Assembly (NCBI GenBank): GCA_016211085.1
Contig: JACQSY010000016.1
Coordinates: 20,501 to 84,500 of the forward strand
DNA: 64,000 nucleotides
Reading direction: 5' to 3'
DNA from: Acidobacteriota bacterium
GTDB lineage: Bacteria > Acidobacteriota > UBA6911 > RPQK01 > JACQSY01
This document shows positions 21,153 through 29,649 of the stretch, one piece after another. Every line of letters starts with the position of its first letter. Position 1 is the first letter of the stretch. A program made the translations under genes and the position numbers. The notes under the pieces are model-generated. The model saw only the letters and a list, made by a program, of their open reading frames with translations. It did not search any database and was not told where the DNA came from.

Positions 21153-21367
21153 GTTGCGCGTTTTTCTTTCGCGTCATTCGGTGGCCTTTAAGTTGGGGAT
21201 TCCTCCCGTTCTCCTCCCTCGCCCCTGCAATAGCATTACCAAGGCTCGCTGTCCGGCAAACGCTGGAGCGAGCGTAATACTTTTCGGTTGTTGCAACAAA
21301 CGAATGTCCAAGAACTTCTCTCTCTCCCCACTGTGATTCAGTGGCAGAACGGCAGAGAGAGCTCTGA

Positions 21368-21944
21368 GTCTCAATCGCCTTTCGGCTCGGTCATCACTCC
21401 CTACGAAGCTAGCCAAGCCTATGACGAAGCTTACCAAGACTTGTCTCAATCGCCTTTCGGCTCGGTCATCACTCCCTACTCGTGACGTCGGTGCCGTTCT
21501 TCCCATCAGTACGCTGTCAGTTGGTCTCAATCGCCTTTCGGCTCGGTCATCACTCCCTACTCTTTGGGACGAGGCTAATCCCCAATTTCCCCCTGGGGAT
21601 TGTCTCAATCGCCTTTCGGCTCGGTCATCACTCCCTACGCTTGCCACGGGCAGAATGGCAATACGCCATCCTCTTAGTCTCAATCGCCTTTCGGCTCGGT
21701 CATCACTCCCTACAAACTCGCCTATGAAAAAGCTTATCAAGCTTGGGAGGCGTCTCAATCGCCTTTCGGCTCGGTCATCACTCCCTACTTGGCGGCCGGG
21801 ACCGCAGCATTTGGAAAAGTTGCAATGTCTCAATCGCCTTTCGGCTCGGTCATCACTCCCTACTTAAGGTTTTCAGGATTTACCAAAGAGCCCACCTTTG
21901 CTACCGGGTCTCAATCGCCTTTCGGCTCGGTCATCACTCCCTAC
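21368..21944 (-). CRISPR. CRISPR array, 8 repeats / 7 spacers
   Basis: Eight identical 37-bp repeats GTCTCAATCGCCTTTCGGCTCGGTCATCACTCCCTAC (plus strand) start at 21368, 21443, 21524, 21602, 21677, 21752, 21827 and 21908. Spacers are 38, 44, 41, 38, 38, 38 and 44 bp. On the minus strand the repeat ends ATTGAGAC, close to the canonical ATTGAAA(C/G) 8-nt crRNA tag, so transcription is inferred to run on the minus strand from the cas2 side. Confidence 0.95.
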
Positions 21945-22165
21945 AGCGGAGCCTGGAAAGTGCCAAGAAGCGCCCCTTTACAGGCCGGCTTCGGCGGCAC
22001 TGGTCTTATGCGCTGGCTAAGAGGAATTTCTGATCTGCTCATTCCCATCATTGTTGAGTTCCAGGTCGGCGGCAGAGGGCCCTTTTCGACCTTTTTCGTC
22101 TGCCGCCGAGCATCCGGCTCCCAAGCGACCTTTCGAAGAACTGTAGCATAAAAAAACGGGCAAGC
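21945..22165 (-). promoter_or_regulatory. putative CRISPR leader (between cas2 stop and first repeat)
   Basis: 221-bp non-coding gap on the cas2-proximal side of the array. It contains an 11-bp perfect inverted repeat, TCGGCGGCAGA...TCTGCCGCCGA (22066-22109). Orientation is inferred from the repeat tag. Confidence 0.5.
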
Positions 22166-22549
22166 TCACAGCATGTATAGTAGGGCGCTCTCCGGCCGGG
22201 TGGTCTTTCCCATCCCACTAATTCGCTGGACGCAGGCGCCACAGATTCGATAAACCAATATAGTATCTTCATCCGGCTCGATTTCGCTTGCAAGGTCACA
22301 CCATAATCTTGCAAACACCTCTTCACTCAGATCACATTCGAACACGCTGTACTCCACCCGGATACCGTAATCCTCACAGACCTTGGCTACGCGTCGCAGG
22401 CGCTTCGGATGTCGAATGTCGTAGGCAACCAGATGTAACATGTCTCGATACCGCATCTCCGCCGGGTTGAATTCGCCCAGCGAGTAACCGACCAGATAGG
22501 GATCGTCCTCAAAATTGCTGCTTGAATTCGGGGGAACTTCATCGCTCAT
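22166..22549 (-). CDS. cas2: CRISPR-associated endoribonuclease Cas2
   Basis: 127 aa. The core LHLVAYDIRHPKRLRRVAKVCEDYGIRVEYSVFECDL matches the Cas2 ferredoxin-fold pattern, with a ~35-aa N-terminal extension. Overlaps cas1 by 4 nt. Confidence 0.9.
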   Translation of the reverse strand: MSDEVPPNSSSNFEDDPYLVGYSLGEFNPAEMRYRDMLHLVAYDIRHPKRLRRVAKVCEDYGIRVEYSVFECDLSEEVFARLWCDLASEIEPDEDTILVYRICGACVQRISGMGKTTRPESALLYML

Positions 22550-23571
22550 GGCATTAGAAAGAATTGAAGATCCCGTTCACCTTCCATGCCCCGCAGCACT
22601 GTGGCGACGGAGCTCTCGATCACCCTTCGGAAATCTGTATGCGGCTGTCCTTTGGCCGGGGCAAATTGCCGCGACATGGTGGACTCATAGGTCGTGAAGA
22701 AAGTCTTTCGCGATTCCTCCTTCAAATAAAACCCGCCCTTTTCGGCGTCGAACCGGAAATCCGCCTCACTCAGAATGCGGTGATTTAGCAGGTTCAACAC
22801 CAATAGATCGCAGACCGGTGCTCGCAGCGGCTCCAGCAGGTCGAGCGCCAGCGAGGGCGTGCCGTGTTTAAGCCCATGCAAAAAGCCCAGGCAGGCATCC
22901 AGCCCATGCTTTCGCACGCAGCCCTCGATCTCTCCAAGCAGGATCGTATAGGACCAGGAAAGCAATGCGTTTGCCGCATCCTTCGGAGGACGTCGCGTGC
23001 GTCCGCCAAAGGGGACGTTTGGCGGGAAAAAGCAACCAAGGCGCGAAAAATAGCGGACCGCCCCCATTCCTTCGTATCCTCTCAGCTCCTCCAGAGTCCC
23101 GGCCTCCCGTGCGCGGGCTGCCAGTTGCTCCAGTTCCCGATCAACCTGTCGCTGCTCAGGTAAATGGGATTCGTCCCGATTGGCCGAGAGGCGCTGCAGT
23201 ACACGCCGGCTATTGCGCAGCTTGGCATAAACCAGCACCCGCGCCACTTCCAAGATGAAGGCAGCGTCATTTACCAACTCGTACTGGCGAACTCGCCTTC
23301 CCGCATTCTTGTTATTATCCGGACTGAGACTTCCCATCCAGCGTCCGCGCGAGGTCAGAAAGAAACAAGGAATGCCTTCGCGAAGCAACCCGTAGAGTAC
23401 GGGAAAAGAGATACTGGGTCGTCCAATGACAATGACTCGGTCCACGTCGATCAGAGGGACGCGCATCCGGGATTCCGGCTTCTTCCCCCACTCTACCCAA
23501 CGGATGACTTCAACGTGTCTGGAAATGAGCCGAACGCTGATTGTTTCACTTGAGATAACCAGACTGGCCAT
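22546..23571 (-). CDS. cas1: CRISPR-associated endonuclease Cas1
   Basis: 341 aa. Cas1 blocks RRPPKDAANALLSWSYTILLGE, GLDACLGFLHG and DLLEPLRAPVCD. No RT fusion. Confidence 0.92.
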   Translation of the reverse strand: MASLVISSETISVRLISRHVEVIRWVEWGKKPESRMRVPLIDVDRVIVIGRPSISFPVLYGLLREGIPCFFLTSRGRWMGSLSPDNNKNAGRRVRQYELVNDAAFILEVARVLVYAKLRNSRRVLQRLSANRDESHLPEQRQVDRELEQLAARAREAGTLEELRGYEGMGAVRYFSRLGCFFPPNVPFGGRTRRPPKDAANALLSWSYTILLGEIEGCVRKHGLDACLGFLHGLKHGTPSLALDLLEPLRAPVCDLLVLNLLNHRILSEADFRFDAEKGGFYLKEESRKTFFTTYESTMSRQFAPAKGQPHTDFRRVIESSVATVLRGMEGERDLQFFLMP

Positions 23572-23603
23572 ACACTTTCACTTCTTCCGTAAGCTGCTGC
23601 CGC

Positions 23604-24887
23604 TTATATCTTTAGAATCGGGAAACGCCAGAGATCGGACTCCCCGGCACCCAACAAATAGAGGGCATCCTGGAAAATCCCCTGAAAATTGGCTTCCCTC
23701 ATAGGTACAAACCCGTGCGCCAATATGGAGCGGTTGCGATCTGCCAGATGCCCCGTAAGCTGCTTTTGGATTTCCCGATAGCGGCGGCCCACCGGGTCCT
23801 GCAGTTCCGCGAGCAGCTCCAGCGCCTGAATTGCCCCGATGCGTACCTTGCGGGCCATGCCATCGGGAGTCTCCTCTATCTGCGTGTACCTACGCTCGTA
23901 TTCAGCTCTCAATTTGCCCGGTATCCGCTCCAGCCGGACATCACTGGTACTAATGCCATGTTGGGAAAGCTGGCGCTGGGCGGTTTTTTCGATCGCGGCG
24001 TAGCACCGGGCGACCGCATCCTCGTATTTCTGCTCCAATTCCGCGCGACGCAGCGCGTTGGCAAGGAGGTCATGGATGGCCTCCCAGGTGATCTCGCCCG
24101 GTTCGATGCCTTTCAAGGTTTGGGCCAGCTCCTGCACTTCATCTGCAAAAGGCTTGAGAGTGGGAGTGATCCAATGAGGCGTCTGGGCCAGGTCGCACAG
24201 CGGCTGCAGGTTTTTAAAAAGCAAATTTTTCGCCCCGCGGTGATTGAAGATATCCCACTGATAGAAAGCTTCAAATATTTCGCCGAGAACGATGTAAAGA
24301 CGCTTTGAATACTCGTCATCGACTCTGCTCCGGATGTGCCTGAGCAGACCGGCGGCGTTTCCGTACTGCCCCCGGTTGAATAGCTCCACCGCATCTCGCG
24401 CCTCGAGCCAGGCAATCCGGTTCCAGGGATTCTCCTGCCGGAACATCCTTTCCTTGCCCTCAATCACGACACCCAGACCTTCCTTCGTGCGGCCGGAGGA
24501 GTCGGGCGTCCCGATGTAGGCGACGCGGCAGGGATACCTAGAAGAAGCAAGGATAAGCGCGGCACTCATGGTCTTGGTGCCGGCCGTGTAATCGACCAGA
24601 TCAGGCCACTCCAGTTCTCGCTCTCCCAATCGGCGCAGCGCCCGGGGGACTTCGCGCAGCAGGGTGAAGACAGTTTCCCCAAGGTCTTGCTCGTCCTCCG
24701 TCACGATGAACTCGTGGTCAGGCAGACGTCCCGGATCCTGAAGCAAGGCAGGCAAAATCTCATCGGTCACAAGTCGCCGCGATCCAGGCGAGGTGAAAAA
24801 GAGAACCCGCTCGGCCCCATGCTGGCGAATCGAAAAGATGATCGGGCCGGGCGTTCCCCCGACGCTGATGAGAAGAGTGCTAGGCAT
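23604..24887 (-). CDS. csx1: CARF-HEPN protein (Csx1/Csm6 family, TIGR02710-like), predicted cOA-activated RNase
   Basis: N-terminal Rossmann-like CARF (MPSTLLISVGGTPGPI...DYTAGTKTMSAAL) and a C-terminal HEPN R-x4-H motif (DRNRSILAHG). Start taken at ATG 24887 behind GGAGCGAAGGG (track ORF starts at 25055). Overlaps the upstream stop by 8 nt. Confidence 0.8.
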   Translation of the reverse strand: MPSTLLISVGGTPGPIIFSIRQHGAERVLFFTSPGSRRLVTDEILPALLQDPGRLPDHEFIVTEDEQDLGETVFTLLREVPRALRRLGERELEWPDLVDYTAGTKTMSAALILASSRYPCRVAYIGTPDSSGRTKEGLGVVIEGKERMFRQENPWNRIAWLEARDAVELFNRGQYGNAAGLLRHIRSRVDDEYSKRLYIVLGEIFEAFYQWDIFNHRGAKNLLFKNLQPLCDLAQTPHWITPTLKPFADEVQELAQTLKGIEPGEITWEAIHDLLANALRRAELEQKYEDAVARCYAAIEKTAQRQLSQHGISTSDVRLERIPGKLRAEYERRYTQIEETPDGMARKVRIGAIQALELLAELQDPVGRRYREIQKQLTGHLADRNRSILAHGFVPMREANFQGIFQDALYLLGAGESDLWRFPILKI

Positions 24888-26130
24888 AACCCTTCGCTCC
24901 TGTAATGCCGCCTCCGCTTTGCGCCTGAAAACGGGCGCTGATCTGGTCGCCGATAAGAAGTTCCACACCAAGGGATTCCGCCCAGTTGCGGTATTTTTCC
25001 TCTTCGTCTTCTCCGACCCGCAGAACGGCCAACATGGCCCGGGCGTGACTTCCACCGAGGGTCCTGGCGCGCTGAACGAGCGCCTCCATGTGTTCGAGGG
25101 GAGCGCGATTTTGAAGCGATTGCTTGCAGGAGATCACCAGCAACCTGCAGGCTACGCGGTCCACACAGACCACGTCGGTTTCTCCCAGCGCCCGGTCCTG
25201 TTGGCGTATAGGTTCGAGGCTCCATTGCATGTCGCCAAAGGCGGGATTACGATGCAGCAGGTCGACAACGAACAGCTCGAGCCACGATCCTTCAAGCAGA
25301 TTCGAAAGGGTTTCTAGCGCGCCCTTCAGGTCCCTTTTCTGTGAGGCCCGGCAGAAGGGAAAGAAGTTTCCACCCTCTTGTTTCAGCAGCCTGGCGGCTG
25401 CGGCAGCACAAAGAAATTCCAATACGGCACCGTCCCTAGGGGCGGGAAGTGGCTTCCTGACTAACTCGTCCAGCTTTTCGCGGCTTGCGGGGATCTTGCC
25501 CTCGTGGCAGCGGAAGTGACTGCGCAGCTGCCCTTCGAAATCAAGGAAGGCAGGCGTGGCTTTCAGTTTGAACGGCCAAGCCGCTCGCCCGAACTCGAGC
25601 TGCTCAGGTTCAATAGGTTTCGACCGTAGACTCCCCGGCTCCTGGCCATTCGCTGCAGCGATCAGCGACACGGTCAAATATTTCGAGAGCTGATCGAAAT
25701 CCAGGCCGTTTAAAGCGCCTCCTTCCGGAGCCCAGACGAAGCGGCGTCTCGCGCTGTCACAGTAAAGGGTCCGGACGTTGCGTTCGAAGGCCAGTTGGAA
25801 GGCGCCGACCGATATCATTTTGGTCCCACCGGTGTAGTTGAGGACGGTGTTTTCAGGGTCTGCAAACCAAGGGGCCAAATCGGCGTATACCTGGTTCACA
25901 GTCGGGTACTCCTCGCTCAATTCGTAATCGACGAAAGTGGGAGCATGTCCGCCAAAGTCGGGGTACGATTCAGCGAGGTGCCGCACGGCGGCTTCGATGC
26001 TTTCCAACTGCACCCGGTGCAAACCCCGGCTGCGCACCTGCACGATGCGGCCCGGCCGAAAAGCCATAATCGGCAGCAGGTTCTGCAGCGTCTGCTCGCT
26101 CACGAGGTGGATGAGGGTAAAAGCATTCAT
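24880..26130 (-). CDS. can2: CARF + PD-(D/E)xK-like nuclease protein (Can2/Card1, DUF1887 layout)
   Basis: N-terminal CARF (FTLIHLVSEQ...NYTGGTKMISVGA). The C-terminal restriction-endonuclease-like region is GSWLELFVVDLL...GETDVVCV...LLVISCKQ. ATG 26130 has a strong SD (GGAGGG, 6 nt upstream). The alternative GTG at 26193 overlaps the cmr1 stop (GTGA). Confidence 0.75.
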   Translation of the reverse strand: MNAFTLIHLVSEQTLQNLLPIMAFRPGRIVQVRSRGLHRVQLESIEAAVRHLAESYPDFGGHAPTFVDYELSEEYPTVNQVYADLAPWFADPENTVLNYTGGTKMISVGAFQLAFERNVRTLYCDSARRRFVWAPEGGALNGLDFDQLSKYLTVSLIAAANGQEPGSLRSKPIEPEQLEFGRAAWPFKLKATPAFLDFEGQLRSHFRCHEGKIPASREKLDELVRKPLPAPRDGAVLEFLCAAAAARLLKQEGGNFFPFCRASQKRDLKGALETLSNLLEGSWLELFVVDLLHRNPAFGDMQWSLEPIRQQDRALGETDVVCVDRVACRLLVISCKQSLQNRAPLEHMEALVQRARTLGGSHARAMLAVLRVGEDEEEKYRNWAESLGVELLIGDQISARFQAQSGGGITGAKGYA

Positions 26131-26189
26131 GAAGCTCCCTCCGTCGTGCTGCAACGCAACACGACTCGCCTGGAAGCGATGAGAACAAT

Positions 26190-27017
26190 TCACGCGAGGG
26201 GGATTCCCTCTCCGCCGATGGGCTTAGACGTCAGGAGCTTGAGCCCGTCGCCAGCTCGGTGGTCGTCCGGTCCTGGAAACCCGACGCGTAAGATCCAATA
26301 CGGCTTGCTTTCGTTAGCCAAACGAATGACCTTGAACTTGAGGGGTGATGATTGCCTTCCTTGCGACCCTGCATATCCCAATTTGCCTGTCCCGTCCATT
26401 ATTGTGTCACTGCAAACCCTTCTGGCTTCCTCAGGAGTGTCAAAGGGCGTCTTGAGCACGTCCATTAGTGCCTGCCACAACGGGCCGACAGATATTTCCA
26501 GGTCAAGCTTGAGCGCGGTTTCCCTGAGCTTTGACAGTTCGTGTCTCATGGAGTCGATAGACTGGGGTCCGTCAGCGGGCCAGACCGAGCCCGCGCCGCG
26601 GTTGGAGCGAAAACCTAGCCCACCCAGTAGGAGCCAGGTTCGCACGGCCAGCTTGGCCAGTTCGAAAAGCCGTTCAGGCTGACCTGGTCTGGAAGCAACT
26701 TGGATTGTGAACGTACCGTTGGCTGCGAGAGCCGGTGCTCTGAATTTTTTTGAATGGGGCAGGATTAGCTCCCGGCGCGCTTCCAGCACAGCATTCCTAA
26801 GCTGGAGCCCAACTGAGCTAGAGCGGTTTTCCGCTTCCTTATTGCCAGCAGAGCCAAAAACCTGGCTTTCCAGTTCCCGATTTGTACCGAGCGCGCGAAG
26901 CCACCAGCGCAGTTGGCCTCGGATGGAGGAAACACGGATTTCGGCTCGGTCGTTAGGATACGCTCCTCTGCAGAAGCACGGTGTGAGCAAGTCAATCTTG
27001 AATTCCTCAATTCTCAT
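26190..27017 (-). CDS. cmr1: type III-B RAMP protein Cmr1
   Basis: 275 aa. LLTPCFCRGA...EIRVSSIRGQLRWWLRA...VFGSAG...LLGGLGFRSNRGAGS is the Cmr1 N-domain pattern. It is shorter than typical Cmr1 and sits after cmr6 rather than before cas10. Confidence 0.8.
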   Translation of the reverse strand: MRIEEFKIDLLTPCFCRGAYPNDRAEIRVSSIRGQLRWWLRALGTNRELESQVFGSAGNKEAENRSSSVGLQLRNAVLEARRELILPHSKKFRAPALAANGTFTIQVASRPGQPERLFELAKLAVRTWLLLGGLGFRSNRGAGSVWPADGPQSIDSMRHELSKLRETALKLDLEISVGPLWQALMDVLKTPFDTPEEARRVCSDTIMDGTGKLGYAGSQGRQSSPLKFKVIRLANESKPYWILRVGFPGPDDHRAGDGLKLLTSKPIGGEGIPLA

Positions 27018-28348
27018 GACAAATCCACTCCCAGCACTTTGGCAGCTTCTTCGAGAGCCTCTAACCGCTTCCGATCCGGGCGGGTTCCGCTGCTGCGAAT
27101 GTTTTCCAGAATCGAACGCTTCGGGCCAATCAAAGTCTGAAGCAGGATGCGAATTTCCGGTCTCGAATAGTCGGTCCGGTGGCGCAATTCGTTGATCTTT
27201 GCCCGAATTTCATTGTCCGAGAGAGCAGAGAACTGGTTGACGCCTTGTTTAATTTCAGTTTCGGGCATCTCTTTCACTGCTTCCCGGCGACGTCTTGCAT
27301 CGGCTTCTTCCGCAAACTTCTGCTGCCGCTCTTCATCGGGGAGAAACCAGCCATAGCCGGCATTAGTTTTAGCGCCGATTCCGAACCATTTCAGTCCCTT
27401 CTTGAGCCAGTTCACGGCCTGATCATCTTGAGCGATCACGGCAAAGACAAAACTATTACCTGGGGCCACGGCCGGGAAGAAGATGACCGGGCCCGGGTCT
27501 TCCGTATCGGGGGCAACTTCAAAGTCGGGTTCACCCTGGTAGTACTTCTGATGGTGGCAAGTCAACACATCAAGTTCCAGCGAACAGGTCGCCGTCGGGT
27601 GGGCGGGGAGGAACTGCCCCCGCCCAGCAAAGTGGCCGAGCTGGCGATCGAAGTTCTCCGAAGAAAAGTCGTTACCGAACACCTCTTGCCAGAGACGTGC
27701 CTTGATCTCTCTGACAAACGTTCTGTTCCAGAGGCGATCCCCCAAGGCAAAAGCGAAATCTGAACGTTCCTTTTCCCAGTCCTGTTTGAAGTCTTCCTTC
27801 GTCTTCCAGTCCTGGGCTCCCCAGCCGAAAGTCAGGGCAATCTTGATCAACAGTTCGAGCTTCTGTTCATCCGGTGCGTCTAACAATTCCTGAATTGCCA
27901 TTCGACGAGCACAACCTTTGACGGCGCTTCCCGGAATGTAGGGTTCGCCAGAGAATCGGTCCAAGCAAAGCCCGGCATTCTCCATGACGCCTCCCGCCAT
28001 GTTGACCATCATGCGTGACTGGAGTTTGGCGAAGTAAAGACCTCCGTCAGGTACACCAAGGCGACCTCTGGGGCAGATGTCTTTGAGCCAGGACTGCAGG
28101 AAGATCTCGGCTTCGGAGTTCTTCTTGTCGAGAGCCGACTCAAAGAAATCCCTTCTCGCTTCGTTCTTCCAGTCTGGATTGGCATAGCGGTCCAGTGACA
28201 GAGAGCGTGAAGCACACTCAATGTTGTCGACTTTGCCCTTCCACTGGATCGCTCCTTGCGTATCCCCAGGTAGGTGGATTGAATAGTTTCTTTCGCCTTG
28301 CCCAGGCTTGTCTGGCCTCCTGGATTTCTGACCGCGATTGCCTGGCAT
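27014..28348 (-). CDS. cmr6: type III-B RAMP protein Cmr6 with an extra ~109-aa C-terminal helical extension
   Basis: Cmr6 blocks MVNMAGGVMENAGLCLDRFSGEPYIPGSAVKGCARR and the terminal G-rich loop FGIGAKTNAGYGWF. The protein then continues for ~109 more residues. Start at ATG 28348 (MPGNRGQ), 1 nt after the cmr5 TAA and behind AGGAGGAC. Confidence 0.85.
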   Translation of the reverse strand: MPGNRGQKSRRPDKPGQGERNYSIHLPGDTQGAIQWKGKVDNIECASRSLSLDRYANPDWKNEARRDFFESALDKKNSEAEIFLQSWLKDICPRGRLGVPDGGLYFAKLQSRMMVNMAGGVMENAGLCLDRFSGEPYIPGSAVKGCARRMAIQELLDAPDEQKLELLIKIALTFGWGAQDWKTKEDFKQDWEKERSDFAFALGDRLWNRTFVREIKARLWQEVFGNDFSSENFDRQLGHFAGRGQFLPAHPTATCSLELDVLTCHHQKYYQGEPDFEVAPDTEDPGPVIFFPAVAPGNSFVFAVIAQDDQAVNWLKKGLKWFGIGAKTNAGYGWFLPDEERQQKFAEEADARRRREAVKEMPETEIKQGVNQFSALSDNEIRAKINELRHRTDYSRPEIRILLQTLIGPKRSILENIRSSGTRPDRKRLEALEEAAKVLGVDLS

Positions 28349-28349
28349 C

Positions 28350-28748
28350 TTAGTCCTCCTCCCGCCCCTTCTTTTCTGACTTGACCGCAAATCGCTTCAG
28401 ATAAGCCAAGTACGCAAGGGCCTCATTGGTGGCCAGCCGCAATGCTGCTGAAGTTGATGTTTTACCACTTAGCTCTTCGATCATCCCCTTCGTGCCCTTC
28501 GTGTTCCGAGCGCCCTGAAGTCGTGCAATTTCGGGATCAAGGAGGTGCTGAACGATGGCATCCATAGCGATTTTCAGCTCGGGACTCTGCTTGCTCTTTC
28601 CCTCCGCGAACGCCGCGGCTGCTAGAAGGCCGTTATTGACAATCATGGCGGGAAGCCGGTCCACACCCTCTTTCTTCACAGGTTTCGAATTCCTGGAATC
28701 GGTTGCAACGAGTGCATTTCGTGCGCGAATCTGTTCGAGGTTCTGCAT
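28350..28748 (-). CDS. cmr5: type III-B small subunit Cmr5
   Basis: 132 aa, all-helical (MQNLEQIRARNAL...NGLLAAAAFA...ALAYLAYLKRFA). It sits between cmr4 and cmr6. ATG 28748 lies behind AAGGAGGGTGA. Track ORF starts at 28880. Confidence 0.8.
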   Translation of the reverse strand: MQNLEQIRARNALVATDSRNSKPVKKEGVDRLPAMIVNNGLLAAAAFAEGKSKQSPELKIAMDAIVQHLLDPEIARLQGARNTKGTKGMIEELSGKTSTSAALRLATNEALAYLAYLKRFAVKSEKKGREED

Positions 28749-28749
28749 T

Positions 28750-29649
28750 TCACCCTCCTTTTGGGTAATTGAGCGTGAAGGTGCACCAACCCAGGCCGGT
28801 TGTTTCATTGCCTCCGAGCTGGATGGCTTTTCCGTCCAGGGCACGCAGTTTAGACAGACTGCCAGCCGGGTTGTGCCCATTGATTTTTTGGCCGGCCATC
28901 ATCCCATAAAAGAGCGTCTCGGCGGGACAGTTCTCCTGGTTGAACAGGGCGCGGGCCTTTGCGGTTCCCGTGTCATCATCAATGGCAACGTGCTGGGCCA
29001 CTTCGCACGCGCTTTGAACGAAGAAGGAAAAGATGCCGTCAGGAACGATCACCAGGCGGTCTTTGAGCAGCTGCCAAACTCGCTCATTCTGAAGGATTTT
29101 GAGCAGGTGTTCTTCCCATTTCGCTCGAACATCGTCCTGGGCTGGAGGAGCAGCAGTGAAGGTGTACTCCTCCAGGACAACCTTCTTCTTCTCGGTTACC
29201 TTGGTCCCGGCGAGCACCGTGACGCTACCATCCTCCCCTTCCTGAACTGTGTCCAAGCCCTTCGCGGAAGGAAAATTATCAATCGTCACGTCTCGCGAGT
29301 AACGAGATAGCATTAGCGGACAAGTGATCCAGGCGAAACAACCTTTGGCTGAGCGCACCGGAAAGGCTAAAACACGTGCCTCTCCGATCAGCAAGGTTCC
29401 CGCATACGACTGGCTTTCGCCGTCGCTTGTAGCCTTTCCAAAGAGCATATCGGCGTCCGGCTTGAGCTCAGGGTGATCTCGAAGAACCCCCTTCAGCCCA
29501 CTTCCCGGTACGATCGGAATGCGCGTATGCGCTTCCCGTTGGATCGGCAGATCGATGTAACCGACCGATTGTCCGGCGCCCACGTGCAATGGCGTGCGAG
29601 TGAAAAGAAAATAAGGACATTGATCGGCGCTGTGTTCAGGCATTTTCAT
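28750..29649 (-). CDS. cmr4: type III-B backbone RAMP Cmr4
   Basis: YFLFTRTPLHVGAGQSVGYIDLPIQREAHTRIPIVPGSGLKGVLRD is the Cmr4 N-terminal motif, including the catalytic-loop Asp. C-terminal QLGGNETTGLGWC. ATG 29649 overlaps the cmr3 TGA (ATGA). ATG 29643 is also possible. Confidence 0.9.
   Translation of the reverse strand: MKMPEHSADQCPYFLFTRTPLHVGAGQSVGYIDLPIQREAHTRIPIVPGSGLKGVLRDHPELKPDADMLFGKATSDGESQSYAGTLLIGEARVLAFPVRSAKGCFAWITCPLMLSRYSRDVTIDNFPSAKGLDTVQEGEDGSVTVLAGTKVTEKKKVVLEEYTFTAAPPAQDDVRAKWEEHLLKILQNERVWQLLKDRLVIVPDGIFSFFVQSACEVAQHVAIDDDTGTAKARALFNQENCPAETLFYGMMAGQKINGHNPAGSLSKLRALDGKAIQLGGNETTGLGWCTFTLNYPKGG

Noticed and set aside
21294-21334. A possible degenerate terminal repeat at the trailer end of the array (…TCTCTCTCCCCAC vs …ATCACTCCCTAC).
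   Set aside because: Only the last ~8 nt resemble the repeat, so this is not distinguishable from chance.
21951-21966. A sigma54-like -24/-12 element on the minus strand, TTGGCAC-TTTCC-AGGC (GG-N10-GC spacing), directly upstream of the first CRISPR repeat.
   Set aside because: It is a single match, and the -12 box deviates (AGGC rather than TTGC). A start only ~10 nt before the repeat is unusual. It is worth testing only if TSS data exist.
21174-22033. Track ORFs 21174..21833(-), 21288..21485, 21421..21867, 21482..21727 and 21743..22033, which contain repeating peptides (VGSDDRAERRLR, LNRLSARSSLPT, VSIAFRLGHHSL).
   Set aside because: They are translations of the 37-bp CRISPR repeat in different frames, not genes.
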